From Asterias rubens (lineage: Eukaryota), in assembly GCF_902459465.1 (NCBI RefSeq), contig NC_047066.1, forward strand, positions 4,402,001-4,466,000: 64,000 nt of DNA. Direction: 5' to 3'. Below are positions 32,145 through 42,477 of this stretch, one piece after another (within the stretch, counting starts at the first letter, position 1; the number at the start of each line of letters is the position of its first letter). Both the position numbers and the translations under genes were made by a program. The notes below the pieces were generated by a model. That model saw only the letters and a program-made list of their open reading frames with translations. It made no database searches and was not told the origin of the DNA.

Positions 32145-35100
32145 ATGGGTCTCTTCACCAAAGCTGACGACGAGAAAAAGATCGTCACAGACGAACAGAC
32201 TCACGAGAATGGCAAAGCGTCACATCATGACCCGGACGACCCAGACTACCACGAGGCCCCGATGACGTTCCGAGAGAAACTAAGAGAGTTGCTGCATTCA
32301 CAGAAGTTTCAGATTGTCGTGATCGCCTTGGTCGTTTTTGATTGTATCTTAGTCATTGGAGAGTTGATTCTTGACTTTGAGGCATTAGCCGCTGTAAGTG
32401 TTTTAATATGTCATAGTTTTATAAGTTTTGATTTTTGGGGTTGAACAAAGAGTTGACAAACCAATACCCATCCTCATTTGTCCCTTGTGCAATAACACAA
32501 TACAATCTCACTTTCAAACGTTAATTATAAATTGATCGCCCATACAACACCAGTTATTTTATTTTTGGAGATACCTAATATTACTTATTGCTTTTTAGCG
32601 GATTTTATTGTAATTGTATAAAACTCTTTTAAATGTTTTTAATATTCATTTTGGTTTTTACCCATATACACCAATGTGTGAAAGCATTGTATACTCAGTA
32701 ATTACCCGAGTTCTGTGAAAAAAAAATCACACTCGTAATACTCGGCTGGGATTCAAACTCGCAACAGTTGCAATTCTGGGGCAGTGCCTTAACTAGACCC
32801 CTGAGATTGCCTGGTGGCTAAATGTTTTAGTGTTTCAATTTTTTTACTGTATGCGAGCATTTGAGATCCTTTTGGGGATCTAACAAACATAAACTGAATT
32901 GAATTGAATGAGTATTTGGTAGGGGTGTCGTGGCCGAGCGGATAAGAGCATCAAACTCAAGCTCTGGTGTTCTGTCCAGCAGAGTGTGGGTTCGAGTCCC
33001 AATCGTGACACTTGTGTCCTTGAGCAAGACACTTTACTATAATTGCTTCTCTCCACCCAGGGTAAATGGGTACCTGTGAGGGCAGAGATGGTTCTTGTGG
33101 TTGGTTTAGCTTAGTGTGCTACATATTTGGCAGCACAGGCTGTATACTCCCCAGGGAGCTGAGATGGTTTAAGGAATTAAATGGCCCAGTGATCAGGGGT
33201 AATAATGTTGGAAGTGTTTTGAGACATGGTGTATAAAAGCGCTATATAAAAACCAAATATTATTTAAAATGGGTATTCATCTTACAGGCCAAGGGATGCA
33301 GCCTAGAGGGAGGGAACAGTTCCGAAAGTGGATACGAATCGCCCTACTACAACACTTACAAGAATGAAACACAAGACCCTTATAACGACGATGCACACGT
33401 AGAAGAAGAAGAAGAGCACGAGGAATCACCGACTAAGCTTGCGGCCGAGGCTTTCCACATCATGAGTCTGATCATCCTGAGTATCTTCATGATTGAGCTG
33501 GCGCTTAAAGTGTTTGCGCTGGGTGCAAAGTTCTTCCACAGCAAACTGGAGGTAAATACTGTTTGTGTGTGGGTTTAAGTTTTTCTTTTAGCTTAACTTT
33601 TGAGGAGTTTTTCAATCTTTTATTTTGCAGGCTTGGTAAATACTTCAAACTTTGATTAAAGGCACTGGACACCTTTGGTTATGGTCAAAGACCACTAGGT
33701 ATATCCCAACATGTGCATAAAATTACAGATCTGTGGAAATTGGGACTCAATTGGTCGTCGAAGTTGCAAGAGAGTAAAGAGGCTGTATCGTGTCACGGAA
33801 TGTTTTGAAACCATAGAAAACAAGTTCGAAAATGCAGATGTATAAAATAAACAAATGAAGGGCTCCATTTAGTCATGACAGGATGGAGGTGAAGTTGCTT
33901 GTGGTCAAATAAACTGCTGGGTTACTTCCTTGTTGGTGTACTTTTGTTAACTGAGCTTCGATATCATTTAGTCTTTGTTTAAACGACAGATTAAAGGCAC
34001 TGGACACTATGGGTATGTTCAGACAGCCTATTAGTTAGACCCAAATCGGTTTAACTTTCGAGGTGGTGGTAAAAAGTTGTTCCCCCTGCGTTCAGACAGC
34101 ACTGAGTTAAACCCGATACGGTTTATCTTTGGTTTTAAGAGGCCAAAGCAAATGCAACCCCATTACTCTAACATTCGGTTTATTGTCCTGTTCATTGGTC
34201 ACTGGGTGTATACGTAATAATTACGGAGGTCAATGGGTCATCTGTTGAGAGTTAAATCGGGTATGGTCTTTTTTATTCTGTCCACAAAGATAAACCCGAG
34301 GTGTTTTAGTGTTAAACCGCCCTCGCCGTCCGTTTTAACTCATTCGGGTTCAACTAAATGCGGTTAAGTTTGAAGAGCATTCAGTACTGTGCTTGAACGA
34401 CCCTCTACTCAAAATAATTGTTGGCATAAAACTTACTTGGTAACAAGCAATGGAGAGCTGTTGATAGTATAAAACATTGTGAGAAACTGCGCCCTCTGAA
34501 GTAACGTAGTTTTCAAAAAAGAAGTAATTTTCCATGAAAATATTTGAATTTGATTTCGAGACCTCTCTTTTGAGGTTCCGAAATCAATTACCAAAGGTGT
34601 CCATGTGCCTTTAAGGTACACAATAAAAGGGGCTTTCTTTTGTGTCTAAAGATAGTGTGAAGTAAAAAGATGTTCCTAATTACTTGTATGTTAGGGGAGG
34701 GGGAAATTGCTAAACAACTTCAAGAGCAAAATTTAAGGCCAATTTTAATTTGTTTGAATAGTGATCACACTTAAAACACAAACATTGTACATAAATCATG
34801 ATTAATTGTTTTTGTTTCTTGCTAAGGTTTTTGATGCAATAGTTATTGTGACATCCTTCATACTCGACATAGTCACCTTGATCTTCCCTGAACAATTCGC
34901 TGTCTTGGACCTCATTGTTGTCCTACGTTTGTGGCGTATCCTTCGCATTGTTAACGGTAAGTAACGGTGGACATTTATTGACTTTACCAGGGCTCAAATT
35001 TAAACCCTGGGCCATGGGTCCGAGGCAAGTGAGGTATAGCCATTGGTCAGTAAACTTTAAGGCACTGGACACTATTGGTAATTGTCAAAGACCAGTCTTC

Positions 35101-37611
35101 TCAATTTGTGTATCTCAACTATTCACAAAATAACAAACCTGTGAAAATTTTAACTCAATTGATCGTCAAAATTGCGAGATAATAATGGGAAAAAAACACC
35201 CTTGTCACACGAAGTTGTGTGCTTTCAGATGCTTAATTTTGGCACCTCAAAATCTAATTCTGAGGTCTTGAAATCAAATTCAGTGAGAATAACTTCTTTC
35301 TTGAAAACTACGTTACGTCAGAGGGAGCAGTTTCTCACAAAGTTTTATATTATCAACAGCTCTCCATTGCTTGTTACCAAGTAAGTTTTTATGCTAACAA
35401 TTATTTTGAGAAATTACCAAGAGTGTCCAGTGCCTTTCAGACTGGACAAGTCCAACAGTCTTGTGTTTTTCAATTGAATAGTAATACCCCACTGTAATGC
35501 CCCTCTGGCCCTTCTATCTAGCAGAAGCATTTACGCCATTTTGAGACTAGAGCGACGTAAGTTGAGACGACCCAAAGGGTCGTTAGAAGTTTTGATGCAT
35601 TTTAGCCCGTTGTCATGAAATTGGAGCGCATCGCAAGTTAAGATGCATATACATTTTAACCTTTTGTGACACATTGCAACGCTTAATGAAATCGCTCCCT
35701 GAGCTGCCAACATTAACATCTTGCAATAGGGGAGATTTTGAACAAAGATCAGGGAGACAGTTAGAATTACGTTAATCATAACAGGAAAAAAAGTTTCCAT
35801 AAGCAGGGAGGTTTGAAATTCATTCATCAAAACAAGGAAAGATTGGTTTATTTTCAGGAATATTTCTGCAGAATCAGAGAGAGAGAGTGGGCAGCTCTGC
35901 TTATGAAACATCAATAGCATCACGGCAAAATAAAATAAAAATTAGCCTTTGAGACTGCAAGGGTTGAAACCTATGGCCAATAAAAAAAATTTGTATTTAT
36001 ACCATAGGTCCATTTGGTATGTAAGCAGTTTCCAACTGCTAATTATATTTTCTCAAAATAAAGTAAGACACAAAAGTGTTCCACTATAAGCCACTTCGGA
36101 GTTCCAGCTGTGCATGTCTGTTACTGCTGACAACGGACTTTGTTTATCTCCCGGGTCTATCTCCCGAGTCACGGGAGATAGACAAAGTCTGTTGTCAGCA
36201 GTAACGGACATGCGCCACTGACATTCCGAAGTGGCTTATTCAAAGTCTGGTTTCCTGACTTCTCTTCCCAGGGGTGGTTTTGTCCGTGGAGCAGCAGGCC
36301 GAGAAAAAGATCCACCATCACAAGAAGTTGAAGAGACGTGCCTTGTACATTCTGAGAAAGTTTGAGACATACAGTGAGGCACTGGAGGAAGAGATAGAAG
36401 CACTGAGAGGTTTACTCAACGCCAACAAAGTGGAAATCGGTAAGCTTGTGATATCAGTTTGTCTTTTAAAGCAATTATACACTTCGGAACAGAAAAAAAA
36501 AGTTCACAGATTTACAAATAACTTACAGGGTTTACAGAATGGTAAAAGACTTCTCTTGAAATATTATTCCATGAAATGTTTTACTTTTTGAGAAAACATT
36601 AAAACAGTTATCAATTCTCGACATCAAGAATTACGGATTATAGTAAACACATGTCATGACACGGCGAAACGTGCGGAAACAAGGGTGGGTTTTCCGTTAT
36701 TTTTTCCCACCTTGGATGACCGATTGAGCCTAAATTTTCACAGGTTTGTTATTTCCTATATAAGTTGTGATACACGAAGTGTTGGCCTTGGACAATACTG
36801 TTTACCGAAAGTGTCCAATGGCTTTAAAGGCACTGGACACCTTTGGTAATTGTCAAAGACCATTGTTCTTACATGCTGTATCCCAACATATGCATAAAAA
36901 TAACACAACTGTGAACATTTGGGCTCAATTGGTCATTGAAGTTGCAAGGGAAAAGAAAGAAACCGGACCCTTTTTTGCACAAATTTGTGAAATTCCAGAT
37001 TACTTAAACAAATATTAAAAGAATTCAGGCCTGAAGCCAGATTTCCCTAGGAAATTATGTATTGATATATATCACTTTCCTAAACACTGCCGGAAGTTAC
37101 GGTTTCAGGTTTCTTGTACTAATATCACTTTCTTGTATATATAACACTGCCTGGAGAGTGAACCGTGTACAAACTTAGGGCCAAACACAGAACCACATCA
37201 ATCCGCTATCTGCTGTTCCTCACTGGGGGGTTCAGCATTTATTTGGCTGTTGATAAACTGGTGGGTTAGTGTATAGGCTCTTGAATTTTTAGGGGGGGTG
37301 GAAGTAAAACTACTTATTATTTTAATCTTACCAGGGGCCGGTCCCTACAAACACTGCCAGAAATTATGGTTGAAGCTTTTTCGTAATGATATTATTATAT
37401 CACTTTCACAGATGAAGGAATGATCAAGAACAAACCAGTAAAGCCGCACTACGACAGAAAACTCCACCTTGATACCATGGAGGATGGGAAGGTAGACCAC
37501 CATGGGATGAGTGCTATGGACAGTCAGATAGCCCTGGACTGGACGCAAGACCCTGTGTACGGTGAGAGCAGTCAACCACCGGATTATGCCTCGACCCTAC
37601 AAGAAGCCTGA
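32145..37611 (+). CDS. HVCN1: Voltage-gated proton channel Hv1 (HVCN1 family), 336 aa
   Basis: Coding exons 32145-32393, 33288-33551, 34827-34956, 36272-36439, 37412-37611 (1011 nt, phases consistent). S1 has the selectivity Asp (VVFDCILVIGEL), S2 is AFHIMSLIILSIFMIEL, S3 is VFDAIVIVTSFILD, and S4 carries the Hv signature RLWRILRIVNG, followed by a coiled coil (EALEEEIEALRGLL). No pore or phosphatase domain follows. Confidence 0.93.
32922..33255 (+). mobile_element. tRNA-derived SINE, near full length. Related heads or tails at ~13490-13890 (+), 40205-40330 (-), 42760-42900 (-), 45600-46005 (-), 47680-47925 (-), 51640-51962 (-), 54482-54572 (-), 62094-62185 (+)
   Basis: Pol III A box TGGCCGAGCGG and B box GGTTCGAGTCC, then GTGTCCTTGAGCAAGACACTT...CACCCAGG, and a 3' tail ending AGCGCTATATAA next to (ATT)n tracts. 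There is no complete tRNA cloverleaf or acceptor stem. Confidence 0.8.
36086..36239. repeat. Palindromic MITE ~30 nt upstream of an Hv1 splice acceptor
   Basis: ATAAGCCACTTCGGA...CATGTCTGTTACTGCTGACAACGGACTTTGT pairs with ACAAAGTCTGTTGTCAGCAGTAACGGACATG...TCCGAAGTGGCTTAT. Confidence 0.85.
36480..36824. mobile_element. TTAA-type MITE, third family (homolog at ~17655-17952)
   Basis: Shared AAAGTTCACAGATTTACAAATAACTT ... CCGAAAGTGTCCAATGGCT-TTAA; in both places it abuts a family-A element through a shared TTAA. Confidence 0.7.
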
Positions 37612-38070
37612 CGACCAAACTGATTTCAATGCTATGTGCCCAATTTCATAAAGATGTTGAGCAGAAAATTATCATTAACAAATTTACTAAGCAAAAAACG
37701 AGCCGGGCACCAGCCACAACACCGTTACTACATCTTTTAAATGTTTTTGCTGTTGTATCTTAAACACAGGTCGTTCGAATCCAGTTTTGTCTCTCAAAAA
37801 TTGGCGTCTTTGGCGTTTCTGCTATTAGCAATACTATTCTGTGCTAAGCAAGTTTTTGTGCTTACAGGCTTTATGAAATTGGCCACAGGCCTCGAACTTA
37901 AGTGGGGGGGGGGCATCCACAAGACCACGGGGCTTGTATCTGAGCTATTTCAGTGGACCTGAACTTGTTGTACAGGATCGGAATGAAAATGAGAAGGAAA
38001 AACAGTTTTTCGAACAAGCAATATAAAATAAATCTCATTTTCTTACCAGTGAGTATACTCTGATGCTTAA

Positions 38071-38430
38071 AGACAGTGGACACTATTGGTAATTGTGAAA
38101 GACCAGTCTTCTCACTTGGTGTATCTCAACATAATAAATGCACAAAATAACAAACCTGTGAAAATTTGAGCTCAATCGGTCATCGAAGTTGCGAAATAAT
38201 GAAAGAAAAAAACACCCTTGTCACGCTAAGTTGTTGTGTGTCAAATTCTAAATCTGAGGTCTTGAAATCAAATTTGTGGAAAATTACTTCTTTCTCGAAA
38301 AACTACGTTACTTCATAGGGAGCCGTTTCTCACAATGTTTTATACTATTAACAGCTCCCCATTACTCGTTACCAAGTAAGGTTTTATGCTAACAATTATT
38401 TTGAGTAATTACCAATAGTGTCCACTGCCT
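38071..38430 (+). mobile_element. Family-A MITE, complete, downstream of Hv1 stop
   Basis: TTAA flanks and full TIRs. Confidence 0.85.
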
Positions 38431-40830
38431 TTAACAGAATTTAAAATATATTTATCATACTCACAGTCAACATTTGAACCTCTTTTTTTAACATTGATTT
38501 TTACATTAGGCAAAACATTATATCAAAGCTTTCCTGTTTGAAACTTTTGATAGTTAAAGGGCAGGTACTCGTTAGGTAATTGTCAAAGACCAGTCTTCTC
38601 ACTCATAAGCATAAAATACCAAGCCTGTGAAAATGTGAGCTAAATTGGTTATCAAAGTTGCGAGAAAATGATGAGAGAAAAAACACCCTTGTTGGACGAA
38701 TTTGTGTGCATTCAGATAGGAATAAAAGACTTTTATTATTTTAGTGAGAAATTACTTCTTTCTCAAAATCTATGTTACTTCAGAGGGAGTCGTTTCTCAA
38801 AATGTTTTATACCATCAACAGCTCTCCCATGCTCGGTTACCAAGTCAGTTTTTAAGTTAATATTTGTTTCGAGTAGTTACCAAACGTGTACCTTCCCTTT
38901 AACAAAGAACACAACCAATGTCTTTGGGAAAGTATGCAATGTATTTCACCCAACGTCCATCATGTACAAATTGTTAACAACAAAATTATTAATACAAAGT
39001 ATATTTCTTAAAATATATTCTAATAAAAATTATGCATAAGAAAGTTTACAGAATTATTGGTTAATTCCTTTAAGATATTCTAATTTTAAATTTTTATATG
39101 ATTAATTTTAATGAGCCATTTAAAGCAGAGTTTATATTTTAAGAGAAATTTGATTTTTTTAATTATATGAATACAGAACACTATGCAGAGTAAAAACAGG
39201 TCGTTGTAGAAAATATTGTTTGCCAAATCATTCCCAAATTCTTAGTGTCTTTCATTGATGATACTGTGAATGTGAAAAAGCACTAGAGAGAAGATTTAAA
39301 TCTCATTTGTATCATGGGTAACTTCCTTCGTATTCAACAGAATTATATTTGACTGAAAGTCATCTTCTGAACACAAACACAAGATTACTGGCCCAATGCT
39401 AACATCACTGGTCTCTGGCCTGTGTTTCAGTGTAAAATTCAAGCCCTGTAAGATGATGTGACAATAGTTGGTGTAGCTGTCTTCAAATTTGTGGCTGCGG
39501 CTGTTGCTAAGGGTGTTGCTTTGGGCATCATAAGCTTCAAAACATTGTCAACAAGGCTATCAAGGCAAAGCCATAGCCACTTTTTCAGACCCAGCCATAG
39601 TGTTATTGACAAAATCTTGATTGATGTATTTTTGATGAAGTGTGTGATCCGTTGAGTTTTATAATTAGAACTAGAGAGATGGCTCCATGGGCACAAATCT
39701 ACTGCGGCCCATATTCGCTAGTTTCTTACAGAAGTCATGTTTTTTACCGTTTTTTTTGTTGCTGTAGTATTGCGATCTATCGCCGAACTGTTGCGTTACA
39801 TCACCGTACTATTGCATTTCATCGCTGTATTTGATTGCGTTAAATCACTGAATTTTATTTTGATATTTAGCCGTATTTGTTTTGTGATGTATCACCATAA
39901 TTTAATTTTGTTATATCGCTGCATTTTATGCAATAGAACCACTGTATGCCAGCAATGGATCCATGAGACACCCCATACGCCTATGTAACCACAGACAGTT
40001 ACTCATCTCAAATATGTTATGTACTTTTGCAAGTAGGGTAAACCATGTATTTATTCCAGTAATTTTTTTCCCCAACTGTTCTTTTTCCATTTTTAAATAA
40101 ATTTACGTAACAATTGTTAATTTTGAAACAATGGATATTGCCAATCAAATGGGTATCAGGCCTGACCAGTAGATCAGCATGCACTACCTTCAAAACTGTT
40201 TACGAAGCAATTATGGTCAAGTGCCTTGTTCAAATGCACAAGGGTCAAGACCGGGATTCGAGCCCACACTGCTGCTGACAACACCAGCACTTGGGTTTTG
40301 GTGAACTAGACTGCTCGGCCACTGTGTTATATGATGGGTCAGCACCATTTTCTCAATGGCCATAAGTTTTTCTTTTCGGGCCGTTTCAAAAGCCTTTTTG
40401 ATGTATGGTGGACGCATTGAGATATGGCGGACACAATGCTTGAGTTGTGCGTTGGTTCTCTGCTGTGCCACGAGGGTTTTCCAGACTATCCTGTTTTCCT
40501 CCCTCAGGAAAAAATCAAACACTTTCCATCTTGGCTGTGCTCCGTGGTCATATTGGGTTGATGTGGCTGGCAGCTGAATGCGCCCTTGCATGCCTGCTTC
40601 TCGAACACGTTGTAGCCGCGTCCTTCGCAATTCAGCTCTTAGCTGCGAGTAAGGACGATTAGCCCCCCAAATTATTATTATTATTCAACACTATATAGGT
40701 TTGGATAAATTTGGGTGTATCGACCAAACCAAACAGTACACTCCTATCACGTCCACCATACCTCAAAAAGGCTTTTTTGAAAACTCTGTGGTTTGGTGAA
40801 ACAGTACCATCCCAGTGCTTGTAATAATAT

Positions 40831-40940
40831 GATAGTCGCTGTTTGTTAATAATGATAGTCGCTGTTTGTTAATAATGATAGTCGCTGTTTGTTAATAATG
40901 ATAGTCGCTGTTTGTTAATAATGATAGTCACTGTTTGTTT
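40831..40940. repeat. 23-bp minisatellite, ~4.7 copies
   Basis: GATAGTCGCTGTTTGTTAATAAT repeated head to tail without spacers. Confidence 0.95.
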
Positions 40941-42477
40941 CTGCTATCGACAGCCCATTATTTCGGAAACAACTCACAGATTCAGGAACTTTTGTTGTGC
41001 CAATGATTTGCCAATTATTAAATAATTAAGTGCCATGTTTAATACTAATTTGATTTTCCATGAGAGAATGTATTTTTGTGAAAACCAAATAAATAAAATG
41101 TAAAATTATATTTGATTAATGTGTCATTATTAACAATATTTTTAAAGATTTGTAGAATCAGAGTCGAGTCCACATTACAAATGTGCACAAATTGCATCCG
41201 TAATACTACAAAAACACGAACAGATATAAAGGGGGAAAAACATGAAATTGCTTGCGCATTTCAGAAATATAAAACCAAAGGTTTGGACACAATATGGACT
41301 ATTTCCTTTCTCCCTTTGGCGATAGCTTTACTTCTTTCAAGAAACTTTTAAGATCCAAGGAGATTTTGGGGGAAACCTGAGAAATCATATGCCGTTAAAT
41401 GTTGACGAAGAAGCAATGAAGTTTGGAGTTCCACTCCACAATAAGGGGTTCAAAAGAGGAAAAAAAAAAATATTAAATTTATCTTCATTTTAGATATACT
41501 AAACCACATGACACAATGTGGAATTTTCTTTTTCCTTTTGGCGATAGCTTTACTTTGAAGGTCCAAGGAGATTTTGGATTTTTTTTTTTGTCGAGGAACC
41601 AATAGAGTTATGGAGTCCCACTCCAAAATCATGGCTTTTTAGTACTCTCCTATAATCACATCAAAATGACAGAACCAACGATAACATAGTTTTGTATCCC
41701 AGGCAGTTTAATACAACCATCAGCATTATAATACACAAGTTGTACATAATCATAACAGTTAATAGTAATTCTTGAATTAATAAATTACATGTGTTGTGTC
41801 CCCATCAAATAAAAAGAGAATCACAAAAAATTAATTTGAAATTTTTAAAAGAGAAAAAAAATTATCTACAAAAAAGAAGAAAAACATTTGAATCCAAAAC
41901 AGCAACAAATTTGATTTAACCAGTTGACACCAGAGCCCAACAGCATAAAGCTGTTAAGCAGATAACTCTGCTTAGCAAATTCTTTCTTTGCTAAGCAAGA
42001 ATTGAGTGGGGTACCAGATGCAGCAATGTAAACTGTAATGTATTTTGCCTGGTAATCTATTTCTGCTAAGCAACATATTTACATGCTTAGCAAGTTTTTA
42101 TGCTTACATGCTTTAAGTAATTGGGTCCAGATGTGTTTACTGCCAATTAGAATCTAAATTTTAGAAGGTATGTTGACATGATGGCGTTGCCACCTTTTGA
42201 TAAACCCTGAAGTTATAGATTCCAAGGAGCTTCTGTGAACAGTATCCTCAGTGCTAGATAAGTGGGTCACAGGGCAGGATTTATTTACAAGGAAAACAAA
42301 AAAAGGCTTAAGTTCAGATAAAGGTTCTGAAATTTCTCATTCCTGTATCTGCCCACTGCAAAACAATCCACATTTTGCTGGATACAGATAAAAACGGGGT
42401 ACACTTGTTTTTTATATCTTAAAACACAGGTCATCCGAATCCAGTTTTGTTTCTCAACATTTTGCGTCTTTCACTTC

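Noticed and set aside
32922-33010. tRNA gene (A and B boxes; also at 62094, 54482, 51880, 45930)
   Set aside because: No complete cloverleaf or acceptor stem, and each continues into shared SINE body sequence.
32145-37611. Voltage-sensing phosphatase (TPTE/VSP) or TMEM266 instead of Hv1
   Set aside because: No PTEN-like domain follows S4; the S1 Asp, RxWRxxRxxN motif and short coiled coil fit Hv1.
39439-39696. Ala/Thr-rich ORFs on both strands between Hv1 and FTSJ3
   Set aside because: No recognisable domain, no convincing splice sites, and length within chance expectation.
40831-40940. 23-bp repeats as a CRISPR array
   Set aside because: Repeats are contiguous with no spacers, the context is eukaryotic, and there are no cas genes.
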